NCBI RefSeq assembly: GCF_006345805.1
Contig: NC_043014.1
Coordinates: forward strand, 30,876,001 to 30,940,000
DNA length: 64,000 nt
From: Octopus sinensis
Taxonomy: Eukaryota
Direction: 5' to 3'
In this document: piece by piece, positions 1 through 12,398 of the stretch
Layout: the number at the start of each line of letters is the position of its first letter
Position numbering within the stretch: position 1 is the first letter of the stretch
Notes under the pieces: generated by a model
Told to the model about the DNA's origin: nothing
The model's input: the letters and a program-made list of their open reading frames with translations, nothing else
The model's database searches: none
Translations under genes and position numbers: made by a program

Positions 1-29
1 GTGCATCGTACTTTTTCTTTTTTCATCCT

Positions 30-440
30 CCCACCCCGCCTTGTGTCTTTGAGTTGGGGGCGGGATAACAACCGTTTAATGAGAGGAAAAGTGGTTCATC
101 TTTGTCGCTTAGAGTGATTCTGTGTAATGGTTCTGGCTGGCTTGGGTGTAGACACTTTTATGTTGTGAGCGAAGAAATCTTTTTCTCCCTTACCCCTCTT
201 TCTCTTTCTAACACCTTTCTCATCTTTTTCTCCTCCTTCTCTTTGTTCTTCCTTACCCGTGTTAGTGTGGCGAAGTAAAAATAAAAACGTTACGTAAAAA
301 GAGTGTGTGTGGAAAAAAGGAAAAGAAAACAAAAAACAACCCCACAACGCAGTACAAAATAACTTCTCAAAACAGTTACAACTATCACCATAACTAGAGT
401 TCTTCCGTTTTAACCACCTAGCGAGGTCAAACAATTTAAT
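30..440 (+). promoter_or_regulatory. Candidate promoter / 5' region of a + strand gene
   Basis: Non-repetitive stretch retaining CpGs, with GC boxes (ccccgcc ~34-40, ggggcggga ~57-65), just upstream of an ATG and a good splice donor. Confidence 0.4.
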
Positions 441-441
441 A

Positions 442-477
442 ATGGACTCGTGCTTGGATGTCATTGCTTGTTTTTCG
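442..477 (+). CDS. Candidate first coding exon (MDSCLDVIACFS), product unknown
   Basis: ATG at 442, 12 codons, then donor TCG|gtaatt. No homology recognised. Confidence 0.3.
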
Positions 478-601
478 GTAATTTCTTTGATGACAATTTT
501 TTAAAAAAGTAGTTTGAAATAATATTTAAATAGTTGGATTCTTCTTTTTTTTTTTTTTGTAATGTAGGTTTGTGTATGTTATGCTACTAATATCTGTTTA
601 G

Positions 602-691
602 TGTCTTTGGAAAAGACCGAATGAATGTCGCAACTTGGCTGCTTCCTTTTCGTCACAAAAACTCATCAGTGGAAAAGTCTATCGTTATGCT
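602..691 (+). CDS. Candidate second exon (CLWKRPNECRNLAASFSSQKLISGKVYRYA), product unknown
   Basis: Branch-like tactaat plus tttag acceptor at 600-601, 90 nt open and in phase with 442-477, donor GCT|gtatgt. An alternative acceptor exists at 566-567. Confidence 0.3.
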
Positions 692-884
692 GTATGTGTG
701 TGTGTGTGTGTGAGATAGTGGTATGGACTTTTTTGTCTTCAACGCCGAGATTGCACTATAATCAAGTCTTTATTTCGGTTTAAGATGAAGCTGAATATTA
801 CACTACACGAATTTGCTGCCCACTCTGACAACCATACAAGACTGGAAGGTGGAGAATGGAAAAATTTTTGTTGCATAATGCAAA

Positions 885-1600
885 GCAACACTAACACTCA
901 TTCACACATTCGCACAATATTCAACACATAAACACACTCCCACTAATGCAATTCTCCTAACACTAACGTACTCACCCACACACTGATGCACTCACCCACA
1001 CAAGCTCATGAACGCGGGCACCCACATATTCTAACGCATTCTCCCATATTAATGTAAACGGGCACGCACCCACACTATCGCAAGCACACTCATACTCTAT
1101 CGCACTCTCCCACATATGTTAATGCACGTGGGTACTCACATACATACTCATTCCTTCACACACACATGCATTCAGCTCACCTCCTAACGCGATTACCCAC
1201 TCACATTAAATTGCTCACCCACGTACTCTAATGCACTTACCCACACTCAAACGCACTTACACATTCACTCATACATGTGTAACATTCTTGCATTCACTGT
1301 CACACTTGTACTCTTTCACATACACTAATAACACACTTATATTCGCTAACATATTAACACTCAATCACTAACAGTCACTCATAGTAACATAATGCCCTAA
1401 CTCACCCATATTAGCTCATTTGCATTCATTCATTCTCTGACACTAGCATGCATTCATGCACACTCTCTCATATAGATATGCTTTCACAAATACTCATATA
1501 CTTACTCTCTCACTCTCACACACACCTGCAATTGGAAATATACTCAATGATACATTCATACATGCTAGTATATTCACACACTAACTCATTTACACTCAGT
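885..1600. repeat. Degenerate CA-rich satellite-like tract
   Basis: Recurrent cactcacccacac / aatgcactc motifs. Confidence 0.6.
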
Positions 1601-4464
1601 CACACACTTCTTCCTCTATTTTACACATATCTCTTGCATGTGTGTAGCCTCTCTATTCTACTCCAAGCCATTTTGAGTAGGACCAGAACATGGAGGATGG
1701 AAAGAAAAGGGAAGCCAAAATGAAAATCAGACGTTGGGATGAAACCTCTCAAAGCTCTCAACTGAAAAGTTCAGTGCATACCTTTCCAAAGTATTAAAAT
1801 GATAACTGATATTGTCTTTTAGAATAATTCTATTGAAAGGAAGCTGAGATCTGGTCAAATTAATCTTTTCAATGTGGAGGTATTTCAGATCTGAAATGTT
1901 GGTTTATTATGTAATGATATTGATTTTTGACATAAGTACAAGGCCTCAGTTTTATGATAGGACATAGTCGATCATATTGCCAAGTTTCAATTAGTACTTA
2001 TTTTTGTGCCCTTCCCACTTGCTCCACAAAGGCAGGATCCAACATAAGGAGACATACTGTACAAATTCTGCCAATCCACTGTCTTTCATAGTGTGATTGA
2101 ATGAGGTAGCATAAACTTGCAATTGAAATCATATGGGAATTAAGATAATTCTTGTCCTAAGTGCTTCCCTGTATGATGGAGGCAATGCCAGAAGCAGATT
2201 TCTTTGCAGCAAGCATTATTTTGAGTTATGACTTGAAGAAATCTATATTTTTGAGAGAGTGTTCCCTCTATGTTGTAAAACAATATTATGGCTGTCTCTA
2301 GAACATTATCACAATCTTTATCAACACAGATATTTACCTATATTCAGTTAAAAAAAAAAATAATTTAATGAATTTTTGAAGTGACAATATTATGATCTTG
2401 CTGGTCTTTATCCCTCCCCATTCTATATTTTCATTTTTTTCTATGCTACCAGTTGTCTTCTCACCTCTAACTTGTATTTCTTTCCACCATTCACTTCATC
2501 TACCACTTTACTATTCTTCCTTACCTTCCCTTATTATCATCCTTCAAAACTTGTTCTACAGTATGTTCACCTCCTTTGTTGCTCATCATTATATTCACCT
2601 CTTTGCTCATATTCCCATCTAACCATCTTTCACTCACCCATATTCTTGCAACTTCTATTCAGCCACACTCCCTGTTCTACCTACACTTATTTCTACATCC
2701 CTTGTATCTTGAGTGTGCACCCTTACATCTCTTCACTATATTTATCTTTTTCTATCTCCACCTTAGCCGCTCTAACACTCTATTTCGTTATTAACCATGT
2801 AGCTCCCCTACAGCAAGAAATTTGTTTTCTTCTGGTCCCTTCTCTCAAACTTTATTCCTTCATCTCCTAGCATAAAGCCACCCCTTCCCTTCTACTGTAG
2901 TGCCACTTAATTGAAAGGCATCTTAGTCTTGCAAGCTGCTCGACAACTTCACTAGTGTTGGTGCCATGAAAAACTGCAGCCAGTACACTGTGAAATAGTT
3001 GGTATTAGGAAGGGTATCCAGCTATAGAAACCATATCAAAGTAGACATTGAAGCACAATGCAGTCCTCAGACCCATTGGATCCTTCAAACTGCCCAAATC
3101 ATGCCAGCATAGAACATGGACTTTAAATGATGATGATGATTTTGATTAGTTCTATAATCCATAGTTCATAAAAGGCACCACTGAAGACTTTCAAAAAGAT
3201 ATATGTGAAAAAATAAAACTTTGTGTATGTGTCATTTCTATGTGTAATCAATAATGTATACATGGTTATCCCCCTGATCACTTTTGCATCAGCTTTTCCT
3301 GGCTTGCATAGGTTGGGAGAATCTTTTCTAACACAATAACTTGCTATTTTTTGTGGTCTTTTATATTCTTTCTCAAGAGGTTCAGCTTTTTGAGATTAGA
3401 TTTCACTGCTTGTTCCTGTGTCGTCCTTGGTCTTTTTCCGCCACAAGTTCCTTCTATTTGGATTACTCAACACTTCTTTACTCAAATGTCATCCATTATA
3501 TGTATTCTACATGTCTGTGCCAGTGCATTTTCTTTCTTGCATACCATCGTATTCTTTTTATATATAGTTTTTCTTACAATTCATTTGTGTTCGTGTACAC
3601 TAACATTACATCTCCAGTGGAGCATGTTTTGTATCACTTCTTTCTTGCTTTAATATATCTTTCACATTCAATGCCCATGTTTTACAACCAAGTGACACCA
3701 CACTTTGTACTCTGCTTTTCCCTTAGAAAGTGAACTGACTTGTTGCCAGCAGAAACAATGGCTTTCAGAATTTTACCCCTATATTTTTGAACAATCACTT
3801 TCACTGTATGAATATTCGAAAGAATTCATTTCATGACTTCTCTTATTGCTAACATCTGCTTCCTCTGAGATCTTTCTACTCTGCTGGCCTGCCTATGGTG
3901 TCATGTCATCTATTGTGTACTGAAATTTTGCATGTGCCATGCAGTTCAGAGTTCCTTACTTTTTTTCAAAATATTGGGGCATAGCAATCTCCTTGATGGC
4001 AGTGGAGTCCTATTCCCCTGCTTGCTAGAAATTCTGTCTTCAAAATTTATATTTAGGCTTTATGATTTGAGGGTTTACTTCCATGTTTAGAATTTCTTCT
4101 ATATTTCTTTTAGCTTACATGAAATTCCAAAGACGACTGGATGTAAACGACTTTGTTCTGTAATAAATGATGGGAAACTGAGCCCTGGTGGACATCTACT
4201 TCCATACTAAATTTTATGCTAATCTTGTTACTAACTTTCCACCTGGCTGATAAGGTCTCTGTACAAGGTTTCCATGCCACTCACAAGCCATTTGTTTCTA
4301 GATTTCTTAGTGACTGCCAGAGAAGAGAATAAAGTATCTTGTCAAAGGCTTACTAGGTTGACAAATGCCAGGAATAGTGGCTTTATTTTAGCCAAGAACT
4401 AATGTAGTTATCTCACTAGGAAGAGGGACACCCCACTTGGATACAAATCTGAGCTGCACCTCAT

Positions 4465-4647
4465 TTAACCCTTTAGCATTCAGATTATTTTGTGAAATGT
4501 AATGCTTATTTATTCACACTGTTTTGAATTAATCAAGTATTTGTCTCATAGCTTCGAGATTTCAATGATGTGATGGGCTAGATCTGTCTTTTTTAAATAT
4601 AAAATTAGTTGAATATTTAGGCCAAGTTTGGCTGGTTTAAATGCTAA
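4465..4647 (+). mobile_element. piggyBac-type MITE (right end truncated) nested in the RTE
   Basis: Starts TTAA-CCCTTTAGCATT and ends ...TTTAAATGCTAA. Same family as 28701-28928. Confidence 0.7.
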
Positions 4648-4799
4648 TTCTTTTTCTTATCACTTGTGCTATAACTTTTTCAATTACTCAGTCCATTGGT
4701 TTGGTGCCTCTTTAGTTCTTTCTCAAGTATCTCCTATCTTCTAGCAGTTGATGAAGACTGTGACTGTAACACCTCTCTGTTATACTTGACTATGTGCAT

Positions 4800-5123
4800 A
4801 ATAACATGCAACCTTCTTTGAATATTTGTAGTGTGTGAGTGTCCCTAATTCTACAGCCACTTTCTCTAGATTCCTATGTTTACGTTTCCGATCATACAGA
4901 TGTTCTCTCTCTTGAGGCTACTTCAAGCAGAACTTCTCTGTGCCACACATACTCATTCAGCAATAACATGCAACCTTCTTTGAATATTTGTAGTGTGTGA
5001 GTGTCCCTAATTCTACAGCCACTTTCTCTAGATTCCTATGTTTACGTTTCTGATCATACAGATGTTCTCTCTCTTGAGGCTACTTCAAGCAGAACTTCTC
5101 TGTCCCACACATACTCATTCAGC
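4800..5123. repeat. 162-bp tandem duplication (2 copies)
   Basis: 4800-4961 and 4962-5123 differ at only two positions that I could see. Confidence 0.95.
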
Positions 5124-6659
5124 AACCTCTTGTAACATTTCTATGCCTCTTTTTTCTTGAATTTTAGTGAATGGAATGCATACATAACATTCCATGCATA
5201 TTTTTGCCCTATGTCTTGATGAGCCTAATGCATTGTTTTGCAGTTTGGAGCACCACATGCTTCGGTTTCTGTTATTGCAAAAGATTTGGAAGCCTCTTGC
5301 TTTCATTTTCTCTCCTAACTATGTATATCTGATATTTAGGTTTCCTTGCTTCTCTGCTTCCCCAAATCTATCCATATCTGCCAATTAGTTTTCAGAACTC
5401 TATCTTTTGTATCAATCCACTACGTTACCTTCTGTCTGGCTGGAATATTGCTCCATCTGCATTTTGTATGTGGTTTGCTGAAAGTGGTTTCCCAGAAACA
5501 CTAAGTTGATGCTTATATGTCTATACTACAATAAAGAAAGCTGCTTATTTATTAGTTGAAACTATGTAAGCCTACCATGTCTAAAAATATTCTTATAAAT
5601 TCCAATTTTAATGTATATTTTTGATTAAAATAAGATTTTCTAAATTCTTTTATTGAAGATTCAAGTACACTCCTCAATCACAAAGCTAATTTTTATTCAC
5701 TGCAACAAACCTCTCTCTCTTTCTCTCTTTATATTTAATGGTTTTCATTAAATTATTCATATTCACTGTAACAATATGTCCCCCTCTCTCTTCAATTGTT
5801 TCCATTAAAAGAAAAGCTTTTCTTTAAGATACCTTAAGAATATCTGTGGAAATTTTTACAATATCTAATGTATTAAAATTACATAGAAGTATTATTTCAT
5901 TCTGGACAGTTGTGTTAACCATAGTCCTTTGAAAATGAAACCCTTGAATTATTGTCTTTGTTTAAACTGACTTTGTGTTCTTTTCTTTCTTTTTTGCCGC
6001 ATTCCACCTTTCAGTCTTTGTCTCTTCTCTGTCTCACAAACTTCATTTGTAACCTTTGCCTTGTCATTTCACTTAATTCTTTATTTCCCAGCACAGTTGT
6101 TACTTTCACTCTGTTCTCTCTCTCTCTTTCTTCAAAACAAGTGGTTTCAAAGATTTTCTTTGAGATACTTTGAGAACATTTCAGAAAATGTTTACACTAT
6201 ATCTATCATATCAAAATTGCTTTGCAGATATCATTTGATATTTGCAAAAATAAAGAAAAGATTGTGTGTGTATATTGGGAGAAATGCAAACACGACAAAT
6301 TCCTGTAAAAAACTGCCGTGAGGGCAGTTTTCTGAATATTAAGTACTTATTTTTCTTGACTATTTATTTAGTACTTATTAAAACTGCTGTCCAGCTGATA
6401 GAATTTCATTCTCCATGTCTTCCTGCTTAAGGTTGTTTTGTGTCTTATAGTCAATTTAGCTCTGATTTTGAAGTTGCTGATCACATAAATGTGTAGAGTG
6501 GTTCATTTTTCATCATGAAATATCTTAATATTAGAGACCAGTAACATATGCCATTTCAAGGTAATACAAAATATATCTGGCTTGTCTGTTCAACTTATTG
6601 GTAGGTAATCAGATGCCTGGCAAATGGTTAGGTATGTTTCTGTGTGTATTTATGAATGG

Positions 6660-6709
6660 ATATTGTGTACATGTATATATACATGTGTGTGTGTTTGTAT
6701 GTGTGTATG

Positions 6710-6744
<35 letters not shown>

Positions 6745-6895
6745 ACAAGTGTGTGTGTGTGTGTACAAGTGTGTATGTATGTATATATATATGTGTGTGT
6801 GTGTGTGTGTACAAGCGTGTATGTATATATATATGTGTGTGTGTGTGTGTACAAGCGTGTATGTATATATATATATATGTGTGTGTGTTTGTGCA
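6660..6895. repeat. Compound (GT)n/(TA)n microsatellite with repeated gtacaag anchor
   Basis: Seen directly in sequence. Confidence 0.9.
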
Positions 6896-6984
6896 GCTCC
6901 TCAGCTTAAGTCAAACCATCCAACCCATGCCAGCAAGGACAACAGACATTAAATGATGATGTATATATATATATATATATATAT

Positions 6985-7236
6985 CCATGTCGAGGACATG
7001 TAAAAAGCACCAACTGATTGTGGCCGTTTGCCAGCCTCCTCTGGCCCCTGTGCTGGTGACATGTAAAAAGCACCCACTACGATCATCAAGTGGTTGGCAT
7101 TAGGAAGGGCATCCAGCTGTAGAAAAACACTTCCAGATCAGATTGGAGTCTGGTGCAGCCTCTTGGCTCCCAAGACCCCAGTCGAACCGTCCAACCCATG
7201 CTAGCATGGAAAACGGACATTAAACGATGATGATGA

Positions 7237-7240
<4 letters not shown>
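6985..7240 (+). mobile_element. RTE 3'-end / RTE-tail SINE copy
   Basis: gaagggcatccagctgtagaaa...gcatggaaaacggacattaaacgatgatgatg. Many homologous copies in the window (~2900-3140, 12478-12680, 18530-18720, 29600-29885, 32930-33140, 55140-55350, 60020-60280, 60520-60950). Confidence 0.8.
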
Positions 7241-7280
<40 letters not shown>

Positions 7281-7286
7281 GAATTT

Positions 7287-7865
7287 TTTTTGAAAATGCA
7301 CCTGAATTTGAAAAGCTTGTAATTGTTTTTAAATAAATTTATTTACACATATACCAAACCAGTTACAACAAAATTTTACTTATCAATGGTATAAACATAT
7401 ATAAAACAATGGGATTTTTAAAATTGCGAATTAGAAAACCAGTTTAAATGATAAATTATTCACAAAATTCAATGACAGGGGTAGATAATACCATAAATGA
7501 TTGGTGAAGAATATGAAAAATGTAGATTATTAAAAGTTCGGTATTATTGAGTTTAGAGAGAGAAATAAGAAAAGAAGAGAGTAAAAAAACAGGGTTTTTT
7601 TTTTCTTACAGTTTGTGTGTGATTGTTTTTTCCGATGTCTACAGGGCTTGGAAAATTTTGTGACCAGGGGCTTGAATTTTGTAAACATTTTATCATTTAA
7701 ACATGTTTTCTACTTCACAATTGAAAAATTTTTAAATCTCATTGTTTTATATACATTTATACCATTGATTAACAAAAGATTGTTGAAAATAGTTTGGTAT
7801 GTATGTAAATAAATTTATTTAAAAAGAATGAAAATATTTTGAAATTCAGATGAACTTTCAAAAAC
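7287..7865. mobile_element. MITE-like element with ~190-bp degenerate inverted arms
   Basis: 7287-7475 is the reverse complement of ~7670-7865. Confidence 0.7.
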
Positions 7866-8150
7866 AAATTCGCCTATATTTTTTTCTTTCAAGGAAATAC
7901 ACCCCTTCTTTCCATATATCCATACATCTATCTGTCTGTCTGTTTGTCTATCTACATACATACACAGACACACACACACACACACATGTATGTTTATGTG
8001 TGTATGCATATATCATCATCATATGTCTGTTGTCTATGCTTCCTTGGGTTTCATGGTTTGACAAAATGTGAGGAGCTGCAAGGCTAAGTCATGCTCCAGT
8101 GTCAGCTATGCCTTCATTTCTACAGCTAGCTGCCCTTCATGATGCCAGCT

Positions 8151-8196
<46 letters not shown>

Positions 8197-8324
8197 TATG
8201 TGGACACGTTTGTGTGTTGGTTATCTATACACAGATATATGTCTGTATATGTATATATATAGATATCCATCTATATGGTATGTATATATGTGTGTGTGTG
8301 TGTATATATATGTCTAGATAGGTG

Positions 8325-8360
<36 letters not shown>

Positions 8361-8639
8361 TGTATATCTGTATATCCAAGTATGTATATGTTTCTGTGTC
8401 TATGTGTATGCATGTAAATATATATATATATGTATGTATGACTAGCAGGAGTACCCAGTGTTGCTTGGGTATTAAATACTTTGCAATGGTCTTAATAGGT
8501 TCTACCATTTTTTGTTTTGTACATCTCAGTGAATATTGTTTGCGTTAAGTTGCAAAAATTGACATTGAGGAAGAAGTGATTTTTCCCATAGACCATAAAT
8601 AAAGTAGTAACAACAGGATGAAAAGCCTGAGGCGGCACA

Positions 8640-8968
8640 TTTTTTACCACTAACTGCATTCCGTTGCACAGACATAGTGACTCCAGGTTCCTCAACAGCA
8701 TGAATGGAGCTCCAATTTTGAGGTGCAATTGATGAGGTGGTAGTCTGGAGGAGTCCAAGGAATTGAGGAATTCTGTGGGAAAATTAACGGCGTCTTCTTG
8801 GTCCACAAGAGTGTCCACAGACTTGTAGGTGTGAAGGTTTCCAGAAGGGCTTTGCAGTAGGTCTTTATTGAGTTTCGCAACAAATGTGTTTTTGGGAGCT
8901 AATATGGCTCTTTTGCACAGCCAATTCAGGTTTTGATAGTTTATGTGCAGATCAGGAAAAACAGCAGT
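8640..8968 (-). mobile_element. Helitron Pif1-like helicase fragment
   Basis: WLCKRAILAPKN...NFPTEFLNSL...LPPHQLHLKIGAPFMLLRNL...LCNG is characteristic Helitron/Pif1 helicase sequence. Confidence 0.9.
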
Positions 8969-9002
8969 CATATATGTGTATATATATGTATCTTTATATA
9001 TA

Positions 9003-9658
9003 TCATCATCATCGTTTAACGTCCGCTTTCCATGCTAGCATGAGTTGGACAATTTGACTGAGGACTGGCAAACCAGATGGCTGCACCAGGCTCCAATCTT
9101 GATCTGATAGAGTTTCTACAACTTGATGCCCTTCCTAACGCCAACCACTCTGAGAGTGTAGTGGATGCTTTTACGTGCCACTGGCACGAGGGCCAGTCAG
9201 GCGGTACATGCAACAGCCACACTCAAATGGTGTTTTTTTATGTGCCACCTGCACAGGAGCCAGTCCAGCGGCACTGGCAACAACCTTGCTTGAATGTTTT
9301 TCACGTGCCACCAGCACAAGTGCTAGTTTGGTGACACAAGTGCTAGTATGGTGACACAAGTGCTAGTATGATCAGGCTCGAATGGTGCTTTTTACCTGCC
9401 ACTGACACTGAAGCCAGTTAGCTGCTCTGGCAATGATCACACTCAGATGGTGCTCTTAGCACTCCTCTAGCATGGATGCCACTCATCGAATTTGATTTCA
9501 ATTTCGATTTTACTTGCCTCTACAGGTCTTCGCAAGCAGAGTTTAGTATCCAAAGAAGGAAAGGTACGCATAAGTGGGCTGGTTACACCCCTGGCATAGG
9601 CCACAAGGTTATGGTCTCATTTGGCTTGCTGGGTCTTCTGAAGCACAGCATATTTCCG
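9003..9658 (-). mobile_element. RTE LINE 3' end (end of ORF2, 3' UTR with internal repeats, (ATG)n tail)
   Basis: Minus strand reads ...KYAVLQKTQQAK* followed by the shared 3' UTR and a gatgatgatg tail. Confidence 0.8.
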
Positions 9659-9726
9659 GATACGTCCAGCCTTTAGGACAGCCCTGAAAGAAAAGAAAGA
9701 TGGACGATGGTCACGTGTGAGCAATG

Positions 9727-10490
9727 AGAAACGAGAAAGATGGCTACTTATAAATGCCAAAACTTTCCCAGCTGAAGAATGCACCCCTCAACATAGAATA
9801 GTAGTTAGTGACTTCAGGATCAGGGCTAAATCGATGCCCAGAAGACAACCAGCATAGAGAAGGGTCTGAAAGCTTTAGGATCCTGCAAGTGGATATCACT
9901 CAATGCTTATGATGAAACAGAGGGGCATATAGCATCACTTGCTGTGGAAGACAACTGGAGGTTTATACAGGACAACCTGTTGAGGGCTACTGACCAGATC
10001 TGTGGATGGTGCAAAGTCTCTTCTTGACACAGGGTAATGTGGTGGTGGAACAGTGTTGTTGACAGGTCCATTAGGGAAAAGAAACAGATATGGAAGGACT
10101 TGAAGAACAGTGGTAGCTGGGTATTGTATTAGATTGCCAGAAGGGAAGCTAGGAGACAGGTTTACTTAGCCAGAGGGGAAGCAGATACAAAAAATTTGCC
10201 AATGTTCTGCGTCATGAGAACCAAGACTTGAAGTGTTTTGTGTTGCAGGACAGTGTGAGAGAGAGAATTGTGATGTCATAGAGACATGTGTCCGAATGGA
10301 TGATGGTTCGCTTGCATTTAATGAGGCTGCAAGGTGAGATACTTGGAAATGCCACCATGAAAGGTTGCTAAATGAAGTGAATGAATGGGAGAAAGAGAGT
10401 CTGCCAAATGTCAACCCAATGGAGGGATCAGCTATTTGAATTGACAGTACCTTGGTAGATAAAGCAATTAAGGGTATGAAGACAGGAATT
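9727..10490 (+). mobile_element. RTE LINE ORF2 fragment (end of APE endonuclease plus linker)
   Basis: WLLINAKTFPAEECTPQHRIVVSDF...MWWWNSVVDRSIREKK...ERLLNEVNEWEKESLP...DKAIKGMKTG, with stops. Confidence 0.9.
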
Positions 10491-11599
10491 ATATCAATAT
10501 GTGATCAAGGGATATTAAAAAAATTGCAAGCAAAAATCAAACTTTTGGAGTTGAGAAGCAGCAAAACTGGAATTTCCCAGAAGAAATCAGAGTGCAGAAC
10601 AGCCAATCAAGTGCCTTCAAGATCTTTATGATACTTGTAAAAAGAAGGAGAAACTTCAGCTTCGATTTAGTTGATCTAACAAAATGTATTAATTCTTTGT
10701 TATGTTTAAAAATTTGCTAACATTTAGCACCCTTTTTCTTATACAGTTATTTAAAATTGCAATGAAACCTATAAAGTTAAGGATATGTATTGTTATTAAT
10801 TTTGTATGTTATCAAATGCTTATAGATGCTTCTGTCTTAAAACAGCCTAGTTTTGAACTTCTGCATAGAGCAAAAAAATGTATAAATGCACCTTTGTTTC
10901 ACATGTCGCTTGCGTTTACAAGGATTAAGGCAGCGGAAATACTGAATCTAGTGATTATAGTTTGAAAAGCCCATAACTCCAAAACTACTTCAACTAGAAA
11001 GCTGAAATTTTAGATATACTATTTCTGAATTTCATTGAGTCAGCACACCAAGTTTGGTAAAAACTTGAGCAGGCATAAAGAAATAATCCCCCACTCCCCC
11101 ATCTAGAATTTTGTATGATTTAGGTCGAAATTGGTGATCAATTTCTTAAGTTGGAGGTGATGTTTTTTTTCAAATAAAGCAAAATAAATGTTAGTTTCCT
11201 GACTTTTATGAAATTACTCATCAATTTACAGTATAGGGTTATTAGGTTGTGAAAATGTCAATCCTAATGTATGTATGTGTATATATATATATATATCGTT
11301 TTTAGAAAAAACATAAATCCAGAGAAGTTCACTCTAAGAAGTAAAGCAGTCTATATTTTTTCCTGGTGAAGGCCAGTTCATGGTTTACCTTGGGTTTTCT
11401 GTTCATAATGGGTTTAACTTTATGGCGTATTGTCAGACCTGAAGACCTGTTTGCCTACGACCTCTTTAAAATATGGAGGGGAAATGTCTTCACTCTGTCA
11501 GAAATTTGCAAATGACATGCTGTACTGCTTGGCACTTGTATTGGGAGCTCTGATGCAAACATTTCAGGGTGTTTTGGTATCAATTTGAGGATGTGTACT

Positions 11600-11862
11600 G
11601 AGAGTGATAAAAATCAAACATTCATTCAGTATGTTGGTCTTTGGGATGATCACTAGTGATGGTGACTTTATGCCTCCCTTCATCTTCCCACAGCCTAAAT
11701 ATGATAGCCTTCATCAAATGCCTGGAGTTAGTCAGGAGGGTGGCTGCTGGAAGATTCTATGCCTGGCAACAGGACTTTGCACCATGCTACACAAGCAAGA
11801 GAACCCAGTCATGGCTGTCAGACAATTTCTGCAACTACATCACCCCTAACATCTGGCCACAT
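11600..11862 (+). mobile_element. Tc1/mariner (maT/DD37D-like) transposase catalytic fragment
   Basis: MLVFGMITSDGDFMPPFIFP, then after a frameshift YAWQQDFAPCYTSKRTQSWLSDNF...PNIWP. Confidence 0.85.
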
Positions 11863-12169
11863 GTGTATTGTTTATATATATATACACACACACACACTCA
11901 CATGCACTTGCATATATACATGTATATATGTATGTGAGCTCATATATATATATATTTCATGTATGCTTATTTGCTACACTTTTTTTGGCTCTCCATTTTG
12001 TTTTTGTTCCCTTTAGTCTTTTTGGGTGAAGACCATAGGCTCTAAATGTCAAAGACTGTTCCTCTCTTTGCAAGCATCAAACTAATACCCTGATTGTTGT
12101 TCCCTCACCTGTCTTCATCTTTTGTTTTCTGTCAATTTGAACAGTAAATACATTTATATATATATATAC

Positions 12170-12398
12170 CTATTTCTTTATTACCCACAAGGGGCTAAAC
12201 ACAGAGGGGACAAACAAGGACAGACATAGGTATTAAGTCGATTACATCGACCCCAGTGCGTAACTGGTACTTGATTTATCGACCCCGAAAGGATGAAAGG
12301 CAAAGTCGACCTCGGCGGAATTCGAACTCACAACGTAACACAGACGAAATACCGCTAAGCATTTCGCCCGGCGTGCTAACGTTTCTGCCAGCTCACCT
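12170..12398 (-). mobile_element. tRNA-headed SINE, near-intact, CpG-rich
   Basis: Minus strand: ggtgagctggcagaaacgttagcacgccgggcgaaatg...gagttcgaattccgcc-gaggtcgactttgcctttcatcctttcggggtcgataaa. The central segment resembles the Meta/MESC SINE domain (from memory). Confidence 0.85.

Larger units (their letters stand above)
3270..5510 (-). mobile_element. Decayed RTE-clade LINE ORF2 (linker, RT, C-terminus), interrupted by a MITE
   Basis: Minus-strand translation gives RT-like KPLFLAFVNL..KAFD, VDVHQGSV and C-terminal IEGTCGGKRPR motifs, with many stops and frameshifts. Confidence 0.8.

Noticed and set aside
96-464. Minus-strand 122-aa ORF (MTSKHESIIKLF...)
   Set aside because: Runs into low-complexity F/K/E-rich sequence with no good donor. 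The splice signals here favour the + strand.
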